A DNA stretch of 64,000 nucleotides from Tubulanus polymorphus (lineage: Eukaryota > Animalia > Nemertea). Numbering within the stretch: position 1 is the first letter of the stretch; the number at the start of each line of letters is the position of its first letter. Positions 50,400-62,294 of this stretch are shown in pieces. A program made the translations under genes and the position numbers. The stretch spans positions 11,119,947-11,183,946 of the forward strand of contig NC_134030.1 in the NCBI RefSeq assembly GCF_964204645.1, read 5' to 3'. The notes under the pieces are model-generated. The model was not told the origin of the DNA, made no database searches, and saw only the letters and a program-made list of their open reading frames with translations.

Positions 50400-53300
50400 G
50401 GGCACCACTGGAATGGGAATGGGAAGAGTTACCGGATCTTGATGAGGAAACTCTTGCCCTCATCGGGATCCGGCAAGGTGGCGCCTTAGAGGGGTATGTA
50501 CGAAAATACGAGTTCCCATCCACTGAAAACAACAAGTTTGATTTAATTAAATTTTATAACGATATCAAACCGCATCTCATCCGACTGCTTAAAGATGATT
50601 TAAGTAGATTGGGTGGGATAAAATGGTTTACCAGCATTCATATAATTTTAGAAAAAGATATCGATGGTGTCCATCAACAAAGGACTGTGTATTTTACTAG
50701 CCACACTCGAAGTGCTTTCAATGGTGAACAATTTGACGAGCTCTTGGATCAGGCTAAGAATAAAATGATCCAATTATTGGAACAATACAATACTGAGGGT
50801 ACTGGTTGGAGGTTTGATTATGTCGAAGTGTTCGATCTACACGTCGGCATATATGAACCATTAGGTGGAGGTTCGTATATACCCTCTCCTCGTGTAATCG
50901 TTTCACGAGGAGGGGTTATAAATATCCAAAATTTCGACAATATGTGCTTTCTTTGGTCTATACTCGCCCACCTCCACCGAATGGACACGAACCCCCAACG
51001 AGTATCTAAGTATTTACGGTACAGAGACGAATTGAATATGAACAATATCAATTATCCAGTAACCGTAGAACAAATACCCATTTTCGAACAGCAAAACGAT
51101 ATATCAGTTAACGTATTTGCCTATGAGGATGGAAATATTTTTGTTCGTCGTTTGAGTGATAATCCACGCGCAAATCATGTTAATTTATTATTACTAGTTG
51201 ATAACGATAACGCCCATTATTGTTTGATAAATGACCTTAGTAAATTCCTTTTCCATCTAAACAAAAAGAAAGCCAAATGTTTTTGGTGTTTTAAGTGCAT
51301 GCACTCTTTTTTATCGCAAGAAAATCTTGATGTTCATACTCGGTACTGTATTCAAGGAATACAAAAGACAATCATGCCACCGACAGATGAGAATGTCTTG
51401 AAATTTGTTAATGTCACAAAACAGCACAAACTGCCATATGTGATATATGCTGACTTCGAAATGTTTTTAGAACCGATTGAGGGGTGTAAATTGAACCAGA
51501 ATCAATCTTGGACATATCGTTATCAGGTTCATGAACCGTGTGGATTTTGTTTTAAAGTCGTTGGCCCTGACACCAGACATTCCCATCCGACAGTCCTTTA
51601 TAGAGGAGACGATGTTATGAAGAAATTCTTAACATCCCTCCTCGAAAAAGCAGAGGAAATATTACAGGAATACAAAAATCCTCAACCTTTGGTTATGAAC
51701 GACGTCGATGAAACACACTTCAAATCAACTGATATTTGTCATATATGTAAGGAAACCATAAATGGTAAGAAATGTCGGGATCACGATCATATAACCGGCA
51801 AATACAGAGGCCCAGCTTGTAATTCATGTAATCTGAGTTATAGGGTTCCTAATTTCATACCTGTGATATTTCATAACTTGAAAAGTTATGACAGTCATGA
51901 AATTATTAGATCATTGGGCTTGGTTGAATTTAGGGGGTATAGAATTTCAGTGATCCCGACGAACACTGAAAAGTTTATCGGATTTACACTTGGTCCCCTA
52001 CGCTTCATCGACTCGTTGGCATTTCTCAATACCTCTCTCAGTACTCTTACGGAAAATTTGGTCAATTCGGGTAGAGAGAAATTCATTCATTTAAACTCGG
52101 AGTTCCCCGCCAATAAACTTGATCTTTTATTACGTAAAGGTGTTTACCCATACGACTACATGACAGGTTCGGAGAAATTTAATGAGACAAGTCTCCCTCC
52201 TAAGGAGGCATTTACCAACACCCTGACGAACACTGAAATTTCGGTAGATGACTACAAACATGCACAGAATATTTGGTCGCAGTTTAACATGGCAAACATG
52301 GGCGAGTATCACGATCTCTATCTTAGAACCGACGTATTGCTACTTTCAGATATTTTCGAGGAATTCCGCAAGTTCGCTCATAAGAGCTACGGATTAGATC
52401 CTTGTCATTACTACACTCTACCCGGCTACTCATGGGATGCCTGCTTGAAACTGACAAAAGTCGAACTTCAATTGTTCACTGAAGTCGATATGTATTTGTT
52501 CATAGAACAGGGGATACGCGGCGGAATATCTGTTATTACCCATCGATATTTCGAGGCTAATAACAAGTATTTCGCCGATTACGACGAGGCCAAGGAGTCA
52601 TCTTATATCATGTATTTAGATGCTAATAATCTGTATGGGTGGGCAATGTCTCAGGCATTGCCTGTTGGTGAATTTAGGTGGTTAGAAACAGAAAACGATC
52701 CCCTTTGGCCCGACGCTCAGGATATTTTAACGATGACGGACGACGCCCATTTCGGCATGATACTCGAAGTGGACCTTGAATACGGTGCCGAGTTACACGA
52801 TCTACATAACGATTTACCGTTAGCTCCGGAGCGCATGTTAGTCAACGAAGATTTAATGTTATCTCCGTATCAAAAGCTTCTATTTCAGACTTTGAAACTA
52901 TCGTCCAGCAAGATACACAAGCTTATCCCTAATCTTTACAATAAAACTCGGTATATTGTTCATTATAGGAATTTGAGGCTTTACATGAAACTTGGTATGA
53001 AATTAACAAAGATTCATCGTGTTCTCCATTTTCGACAATCAGCCTGGATGTCACCGTACATTGCTTTGAATACCGAATTCCGAAAAAATGCGAAATCCAA
53101 TTTTGAGAAAGATATGTACAAATTACTGAATAATGCAAGTTTTGGCAAGACAATGGAGAACATTAGGAATCGAATCAACTACCAAATTATTAACGAACCG
53201 GGGAAATTGAGAAAAGCTCTAGCGAAGCCATCTACGATTTCATGGAACATTATTTCGGAGAATGTTGTGGGGGTAAAAAAACAGCAGATTTCGATCAAGT

Positions 53301-53926
53301 TGGATAAGCCTGTGTATCTTGGCTTTTCAATTTTAGACATAAGCAAAACGTTAATGTATGATTTTCATTATAACACCATCAAGGCAGGATACGGGGATAA
53401 CGCTAAACTTCTTTTTACAGATACGGATAGTTTAACGTACGCTATTCGCAGCAACGATTTGTACACGGATATGGCGGGGATTTCCGACCAGTTCGACTTT
53501 TCAGCCTATCCCACCGGCCATCCTTTATTCTCGGACAAAAATAAGAAAGTACTAGGCAAATTTAAGGATGAGACCAATTCTTTTCCCGTTAAAGTGTTCT
53601 GCGGTTTACGGAGTAAGATGTATTCAATGACATATCTTTCTCCGGATAACAACGGAACACTTGTGGAAAAGAAAACTGCAAAAGGTGTTGCGAAGTACGT
53701 CGTTAAGCAGTCCGTATCCCATAATAACTACGTTGATTGCTTGCGTAATCAATCACGTATGATGGCTAACATGCGGTCTATCCGGAGCTTCAATCATAAG
53801 TTACATTCAGTTAATTTAAATAAAGTCGGATTATCACCATACGACGACAAACGTTATATACTAGATGATGGTGTAAGCACATATGCTTATGGTCATCATA
53901 AAATTCCGGAGATAAATCATCATTAA
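49823..53926 (+). CDS. polB: Protein-primed family B DNA polymerase with N-terminal zinc fingers, Ala/Pro linker, terminal-protein and OTU-like regions, and an endonuclease VII-like insert
   Basis: Exo motifs YADFE, FHNLKSYD, YLRTDV; Pol motifs YLDANNLYG, KLLNNASFGK, FTDTDS; HNH-type CHIC..DHDHITGKYRGPACNSCN; uninterrupted 1367 aa. Confidence 0.97.
50085..50408 (+). repeat. Coding GCA-rich minisatellite (Ala/Pro/Val linker in pPolB)
   Basis: Recurrent GGGGCGCCGCCAGCAGCA / GTGCCAGCAGCA units and a (GCA)n run. Confidence 0.9.
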
Positions 53927-54376
53927 AAGAACAAGTCGTTATACTTAATATATATTTGCATATCTTTATTTATTCATAGTTATAAACATTGATTTATTTA
54001 CACTCACTTATACATGCGTTTATGTTTTCAGTTTTACTTTAAACTATTTAACTAATATATATATTTATTTATTTATCTTATCTATTTATTTAAGATTATA
54101 TGAAAGTTGGTAAACCATTGGTTTAATATCGTTATAAGTGTTTTCTATATTTCTTTTTATTTCAGGGATGGGATCTAACTCGTACCCCCTCTAAGCGCAC
54201 CTTTTCCCGTTTTTTTTTTTTTCTTCCTTTTCTACTTTTTTATGCCAATTTCCCTATAATTCTTTTTTAAAATAAATAAAGAAAAAACCAGCATTTGATT
54301 ATTAACATAATTCATGACTTTAGTTTTTGATATTTATCTATATATGGATTGAGGATACAGGAGATACATATATTCA

Positions 54377-55227
54377 TTAATCATCGATTTGGAATACAGG
54401 ATGAGGATTACAGTAAACACACTGGAGAGCACCCATCTGATTCTGATGATCATCATTGAACATACACGCTTTCATCCCAACGAGTTCAGGTTCCAAATCA
54501 ACGAAAGAAATATTCATCAGTTTCTCCCACTGTTTTTCAGATAGTTCTATCCCGGTTTTCGTATGAACTCGTTGTTCCGTTGCAGCTATATAACAAAAAT
54601 ATCTAATGTCGATTATAACCTTATTGAAACGTTTGAACACGGTCACGTATCGGTTCCTACCGACGTGTAATCGAAAATCCTCTATGATATTATTGTTATT
54701 GTTGCTTTCATTAAACGAATTGATGGCGGAATTTATGGAATCTCTATGCCAGTCGAGATTAGCCCATTCTTGCAGGTGTAGGCTAATGCCGCGTTTCGTT
54801 GGAAATAATCGAAGGTCATCACTGAGTTCATAAGTTCGTATGTCAACACGTTTAACATCCTGCCACTCGCTGACACACGCAAACACTAAATTGCCCAGAT
54901 AATGACGTTTCACATCCGCTTTCGCATAGACGTATTCTTCTTTAGACTCACTCAGTTTTATATCCGTTTGTACACAAGCATTCTCTTTAACAACCGTATC
55001 TATGACAAAAGAAAAGATAATATGGTTACATTACAAGTGAAACAATAAATAACTCAAAGGAGGAGAGGATGTTTTACAAACAAACAAATTAATTACACAT
55101 ACATACCAGGCTTAGCAGCGTTAATATCTAGCTTTAAATTCTTGAAATTCAGTCTTCGAGGCCTCTTTTTTGGAGCATCAGGTTCAGACATGTTTCGTTT
55201 CAACACGGGAGTTGTGTGCGTATCCAT
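54377..55227 (-). CDS. Two-exon gene for a tandem PC4 (p15/Sub1)-like ssDNA-binding protein, about 247 aa
   Basis: Exon 1 55227-55107 (NLS-like PKKRPRR), GT-AG intron 55106-55000, exon 2 54999-54377 in frame. Two PC4 repeats: VSEWQDVKRVDIRTY..PTKRGISL..EW and YVTV..KVIIDIRYF..TKTGIELSEKQW. Confidence 0.85.
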
Positions 55228-55267
55228 GATCAACTCAACGAATGAAATCACCTTTGGAGAACACACG

Positions 55268-55289
55268 TTATATACCCCTCATGACGTCA
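55268..55289 (-). promoter_or_regulatory. TATA box plus CRE/ATF site upstream of the PC4-like gene
   Basis: Minus-strand TATATAA at 55274-55268, about 40 nt before the ATG, and a perfect TGACGTCA at 55282-55289. Confidence 0.6.
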
Positions 55290-55443
55290 GATATTTTTCA
55301 GAACGAGGATCGTAATCATCGAAACAATTGATAATTTGCATATGTTTATATTCATCCAGATCTAACCATATTCAAATGATCTCGTTTATAAATTTCACAC
55401 ACACCAGCTCAATAGATTACCATAAAAACCGGTAACTAAATAC

Positions 55444-55847
55444 CTAACTCAATAGTTAACCCACATTAGCTCCATATAACACATAGACATTAGCCCGATA
55501 ACTAGTTCACATTAGCTCGGTATTAACATTCATTCACTCACATTAGCTCAATGTTAGCTCAGATTAGCTCAGATGTTAACCGACATTAGCTCAAATTAGC
55601 TCAGATGTTAACCGATATTAGCTCAGATTAGCTCAACAGTTTGCTCAGATTAGCTCAGATGTTAACCAACATTAGCTCAGATTAGCTCAAAAGTTTGCTC
55701 AGATGTTAACCGACATTAGCTCAGATTAGCTCAAAAGTTAGCTCAGATTAGCTCAAAAGTTAGCTTACATTAGCTCAAAGTTAGCTCACATTAGCACAGT
55801 TAGCCCAAAAGTTAGCTGTGCCAGAACCCCCCTCTGACTATACTACT
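55444..55847 (-). repeat. Maverick right TIR (404 bp)
   Basis: Ends CTGACTATACTACT followed by the TSD GATATT. Confidence 0.95.
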
Positions 55848-55853
55848 GATATT

Positions 55854-57190
55854 GACTAAAAACAAGGGTATATATAAAGAGGAGAACAGGTTAATTGAGT
55901 AAATTGGTGAGTGAGTAACTAATTAGTGTTTGGCAAGGCATGAAGTAATATACTTAGAAAGAAGGGAATTATGAGGAGAAAAGCCATTATTTAAATTGGT
56001 ACTAATATCTGAGTGACGAGTAATTAGGGAAGACTCAACTATGTGGCGTTTAGTGTAATTGCTGGAAGTATAAATAATTTCAGCTTGTTTATCAAAATTA
56101 AAACGATGACCAGTGTTCCAAACATGATTGGCTACACCACTAGCCGGTTTTTGATTTATTATATCCTTTTTGTGTTCCGAAATTCGAGTTTTTAAATCAC
56201 GACCAGTTTATCCAAAGTACATTTTATCACAGCCAAAACGAGGAATTTTGTAAACTCCGCAGTCCAAAGGTTTAGATTGATTGTTTTTTACCAAAGTCTT
56301 GTTAATTTGGTTTTCATACGTGAAAATGATTTGTCTATCCAATAAAGGGAGAGAGTGACGAAACTTTTCCAAAACAGGTACATACGGAACTACAATGAAT
56401 TCTGAAATGTTTTTTTTTATTTTCTGGAGGTTTAGAATTAAAGAAAGTACGTTTAGCCTTAGAAATAGCGATTTTCAAAATGTGATCAGGGTAAGCCAAT
56501 TTTTTAAGAGAGTTGGATATGTGGTCAAATTCAGCCGAAAGGAAGGTTTCATCGCAAATCCGCAGTGCACGGAGAAAGAGGCCTTGAAAAAAACAAATGA
56601 GAGTATTTATTGTGAATTAGAACGTCTAAAAACGGGATTTGGTCATTTTGTTCCCATTCAAATGTGAATTTCAAAGATGGATATTGAGAGTTGATGAATG
56701 AAGTCAATAAAAGAGTTAAGATCAAAATCATCAGAAACTAAAGTACAGAATGTTATCAACACATCCAATCCAAAAGTTAGGTCCAGAGCAGCGTAATTTC
56801 GGAAGAATTTCGCATTCAAAATGTTCAAGGAAAAGATTAGCCAAAATGGGGGATAATGGGTTGCCCAAAGCGAAACCGAAATTTGTTCATAGATTTTGTC
56901 TTGGGACTGGAAGTATAGATTGGTTGTACAGAGCTCCAAAAGTTCAAGTAAGCAATCTACAGGAACCGGGAGATCAAGATTGGAGTCCGGGAGTTTTCTT
57001 CTTAATAAATTGAGAGTTGGTTCCAATGGTATATTTGTGAACAAGGATCGATATAGCGTCGAAACATATAAATTTTTGGCCATTAGGTTTGAGATTTTTT
57101 AGTTAGTCTAAAAGATCCATATTGTGCCGAATGTGAGAATCAGAAAAAGTACCCAGAGCGGGTACTGTACTTTAGCCAGATATTTTGACG
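55854..57190 (-). pseudogene. Decayed Penelope-like retroelement (RT + GIY-YIG endonuclease)
   Basis: RT remnants SLFTNIPL, NLYFQ..IYEQ, FTFEWEQNDQIPFLDVLI; GIY-YIG remnant CGVYKIP..CDKMYFG*TGRDLKTRISEHK..VANH at about 56265-56120; several frameshifts. Confidence 0.85.
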
Positions 57191-59935
57191 TAGTTTTTAT
57201 TCTGAAGAAATCTTGTTTAAAAGTATTAGTTAAATATTTATGTACCCTGTGTTAAATCAGATGGAGAGGCCCGTGTACTTCTTCACAAAAATAGCATTTT
57301 GACCTTTCAAGGAGATCGGTGTGCTGCAAAGATATACGCGTTACCTCCGCTATGAGATTTTCAGTCAGGTGGGGAATTCGGGTCACCCGGTTCTATAGTC
57401 ATGAACACTGTACTATAACGTCCAGGCATCCATCTAAAAGAGTCCATGCTCGTAGGTTCCAGGTTTATAATATGCAGGCAGCAGGCGAATCATTTGGGTC
57501 ACCTGCAATGTACTATAACCATAGAAATTTAGCACTGCTATGCTTTAACCAACCAACAGCTGATAGAGTTCATCAGAGCATCCAAACTTTAAATCTCCAG
57601 AAATCTACTACTGTTTTATATGCAGTGGATGCCATGTGTCCCTCTAATCGCCTGTATCAATGCAAACATCTAACACGTGTGGCGATTTTAACTGCTAAAT
57701 CTGCCAGCGATCACTCGATAGCGTTACTTTTCATAGTGATCTGTTGATATCTTAAAATTGAGATTGGAACAAATCCTTCCCGGATAAAAGGAACACCTTA
57801 AACGGTCACCTAAAACATATTCATAGTCTTGGATAATTACATGTCACATAATCATTTTAGTTCAGGAATCGAAATGTTTTAAGCTCGGCTTAAAAATCCT
57901 CCGATATTTAACAAGTGTTTTAAAGAACACTGATATGTTTGATAACAGGGTCGAATGGCTTTGAATTTGAATTTTGAATTTGAACATTTCATCCAATTCC
58001 AAATTGGCTACATATTTCTAGGTTTCATACGTTTTGAGACAGGATGATTTGATATTGTTTTAACAATCAAGAGAAATCTCTCAAGAAAATCAAGACGCGG
58101 CGAATATATTTAAAGCAACGTTTCGCCTAAAAAAAATTGAAAAGCTATATTGTATTTCTAATATAACACATGTGCATGATCAGGCCTCATGACAGATAGG
58201 CTACTACTCAACGGTGAAAGCCCTTCAATTCTGCTGACCATTATTAATTTGTATTAGATAACAAACGTGACTTAAGCAAGGGGACAAAACGCGGACAGCG
58301 ATTTTATTGTCTGTATCAATAAAATACATGATTAAGCATATATAGCCTTGGTATTTTTCTGCGCAGAAGTGTGTTTGTTGTTTGAGCTAAATGGATGAAT
58401 GCCATATGTATAACTGAGCAATAATGTTTTAATATGCGATAGAGCTACCTCTCCCTCTCCGTAACCCCTCTCTGTAACTTTCAATCAATCTAGGGTCCTA
58501 AAACCGTTTCGTATCAATAGATACATTAGATTTAGAGGATGTTGATTTAATTTCCGATAACAAAAACAATTAGTAGTCGTACTTTTCGGAAATTCAACTT
58601 AAGTCAGACTTTTCTAAGTCTGAGGATTTTTCTTAGTTCCAAACGATTCGACTTGTCACCGAATAACCAAGACCTCAATTCTTGTTATATCTTTGTGTTC
58701 ATTTGTAAAATCTTATGTACATATTCAAGCACGAATCAAGGACTTCGATAAGAAACAGATTTTGAGAAAACTGATTCTGATATATGTCATCTGTGAGGGA
58801 AACGAGACATCAAGCTTAATTGCTGTTCTTGGTTCGACTCCGTTTTCATAGCCATTTTAAACATAGTAGTGCGCACCCGGTAAATCGAGCCTTCTTACCG
58901 AGTCAACAGGTCATTTTTTCAAACTCAAAATAAAATGTTGTTGGCCGCATTGCTCTTCTGGATCGATATTTGAATATTGATTCAAACAAAATATATATTT
59001 AACATAAAACCAGACAGGAGAAAGTTAGACACAATTGTGTATATATGTTGATATTTCCTCTGTTCACAAGTTTACAACTGCTTACATCTGTTTTTATGAA
59101 TTATTTAAACCGTTGTTGACCATCCAACTTGAGTACGTCCACTAACAACCGTCTTGTTTGGTTCTCGCGTGGGAACCACGCATCCTTTTTAGTGTATATC
59201 TATTTGTTAAAATAGACACGACGTAATGATTGACAGTTCAGATAACAGTGTGTTGTTTTGCTGCTAGCGGAAAATAAGTCCATTGTAAATAATTTCTTGA
59301 TTCATAAAATACTAAATCACCCTAAAGTAAGGGAATATTCTCCCAACTGGACTCAATTTAAATTGTTTGCGCCATCATTGACCTCGAACGATGAATTCAA
59401 TGTAATTTTAAAACGCACTGAAAAATTACTTAAATATAGTGGTAAATTTCCGTCAATAAGATTTTATTAATTGTGGTATTTCATTGAATTTTAACTGAAT
59501 TCCGCAAAGTTCAAACACCCTTCAAGCTAGCAAGACAGCTATATCAGTGCGATTATACATTCCTCTATCAGGAAGAGAATTTTGGTCAAGCCCATTTTCA
59601 TGTATAGTCAATTAGCACACTGTCCTTTAAAACCAAGCAACATGTGATGCTCACAGTGTGCAGACTATTTTTGATCAGCGCGCTCAGTGACGTCACACAG
59701 AGCTCCTAAACTATAATGATCAAAAAATTGAACTAAACTCAATGTATCGGAACAAATCCGAACATGTACACGGCCAGTATTTTACATTTGATTCCAAAAA
59801 CCCGTTCATGCAGCGCACAGACCGCACCAACCCGTGAAGTTTCGCCGTTAGTTTCTTATAGTAATCATTTGCTCGGACGAAACTTATTTAGTTAACATTC
59901 TAACCGTGTGAATCCCTAGTTTTCGGAATTCTGAC

Positions 59936-61672
59936 TAAACCATTTTACAGTTGCTAGCCGCCATTTTGTTAGGGTACTTTTGTCCCGTATTGTTGGGTCA
60001 TTTTTTTCTCTTTTTTAAAAACTATCCGTGATGTGTATTGTATCATATTTCATCTGTCGATGGATGGATTTTGACAACTTCAGCAACATTCAAACCGCGT
60101 GAATCTCTAGTTTTCAGTTATGTTAAAATCATTCCTCAGATTTACAACAATGCGACATGAGAGCGATATAAAAATCGGTGCTCAGTTTTTGCCTTGCGCA
60201 TAGAAATCCAGGGTACTGAACTTTGAAGTTCGTTATTTTCAGAAATAATTTTCTAAAAAATCCAAACATTTCAAGCACTGTGCGCATAAATGCCCCCTTT
60301 TAGGTGAACTTTGAAATTTTAAGATATCTTGCCTAGTTTTTTTCCTATGGCTCTTTAACTGCAGCGCGTGTATTGTCATTCCGAGATTCGGCGCTGTTTT
60401 CTTTGCGTGTATTTCAGTATATGGGAGTTATTTCTTCATTTTCACTACACTTGTCTCTACGGAAAATGGTTTTAATTGTTGGTACGAGTATCAGGTTTAA
60501 ATATCACGTCGTTTATGCAATATAATAGATCGGAGACATTAGAGATGTTGGGGTTTAAGGGATTTTTCTGACCAGTTTTAGCAGCGAGACTGAGCGGCAT
60601 TTTGATCACGCATTCGAAGTTGCGCGCGGGAAGAGAATATATGGGCCTATATTGAGATGGAAGAAGAAAAGAAATATAGCACTCAAAATCGAGTATGATG
60701 ACCATTTAAATCAGTAGTCTATCAATAAATTTACATAAAAATCTACTGAAATTAGATGGATGGAGAAGTGGTCAAAAAGCTGGACAAATGGGGTGGGGCA
60801 AATATTCAGCTACTTTCTATGAATACTTTCTATTAAGTACACTCAAGATTGATTAGATTGGGAAGAAAATATAGGAAAACGTTTTCTTTTTTTCGAATGT
60901 CAGACGCAGGTGATAAAAAGTAAAAAGTGACATCTACCATCACCAAAAACGCAAGAAGTGTGTGGATTGCATTTACAACAAAAGAGTGATATTTTGGGTT
61001 TTCTTAGGTGCATGTACGTAAGCCTCTGCCTGCCGTAAAAGCGGTTACCATTACAGCCATTACGAACTAGCGCCGGAGAACGGAATACAGTATTAATGCC
61101 GTAATATTTAAACCTGATACTCGTACCAACAATTAAAACCATTTTCCGTAGAGACAAGTGTAGTGAAAATGAAGAAATAACACCCATATACTGAAATACA
61201 CGCAAAGAAAACAGCGCCAAATCTCGGAATGACAATACACGCGCTGCAGTTAAAGAGCCATAGGAAAAAAACTAGGCAAGATATCTTAAAATTTCAAAGT
61301 TCACCTGAAAGGGGGCGTTTATGCGCACAGTGCTTGAAATGTTTGGATTTTTTAGAAAATTATTTCTGAAAAAAACGAACTTCAAAGTTCAGTACCCTGG
61401 ATTTCTATGCGCACGGCAAAAACTGACCACCGATTTTTATATCGCTCTCATGTCGCATTGTTGTAAATTTGAGAAATGATTTTAACATAACTGAAAACTA
61501 GAGATTCACGCGGTTTGAATGTTGCTGAAGTTGTCAAAATCCATCCATGGACAGATGAAATATGATACAATACACATCACGGATAGTTTTTAAAAAAGAG
61601 AAAAAAATGACCCAACAATACGGGACAAAAGTACCCTAACAAAATGGCGGCTAGCAACTGTAAAATGGTTTA
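59936..61672. repeat. 569-bp inverted duplication (59936-60504 vs 61104-61672) with a ~600-bp spacer
   Basis: Arms are reverse complements with only a few substitutions; no TSD seen. Confidence 0.9.
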
Positions 61673-62294
61673 TTGTGCGCATAAACGCCGCTTTCCAAAT
61701 GAAATTTGGAATCTAAAGATAATTGTCGTTTTCTAATACGTGAATTTGAAACTGTCGTAGGTTATCACTATAATTGCTATAACATAATTATCCTTCATGA
61801 TTAAAAGCATAAATATAGTATCGGGAAAGGAAACTAACTCCATCCTTTATATTTCAATTCATACTTCGACACAGAATAGCGAACAGTAGGACCTTCTCAA
61901 GACGAAATAAAAACAGATTCTCTCTGTCACCACATCTTCAAAATACTGTTTATTTATGGTAACATCCAATTGGCCAGTACTTCAAATGAAAAAAACAACC
62001 GACTGGGGTTGGGCCAGTAATCGCAAGCAAAGGTCATGCAGTGAACCGACCTAGGCTACAATATTGTAGCCTCGGTCAGTGTTTACAAAAAAAGTTGTGC
62101 AGTGAACCGACCTAGGTTACAATATTGTAGCCTCGGTCAGTGCTAACAGCTGAATCACAAGTTCTATGCAAACCCGCACTGCTTTTAGGTAACAAATTAT
62201 CTATCATTCATTTGACCGAAGCATAACCGTTTTCTTTTTTCAGCTTTACAATTGATTCCATGAATTTAATAATTCCATTTTCGAATAATAATGT

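Larger units (their letters stand above)
41377..55847. mobile_element. Maverick/Polinton (adintovirus-like endogenous virus), complete, 14,471 bp
   Basis: AGTAGT termini, 404-bp TIRs, 6-bp TSD GATATT (41371-41376 and 55848-55853), and all six core genes with open frames. Confidence 0.97.

Noticed and set aside
49995-50535. Antisense Leu-rich and Ala/Gly-rich ORFs
   Set aside because: Shadows of the GCA minisatellite inside polB.
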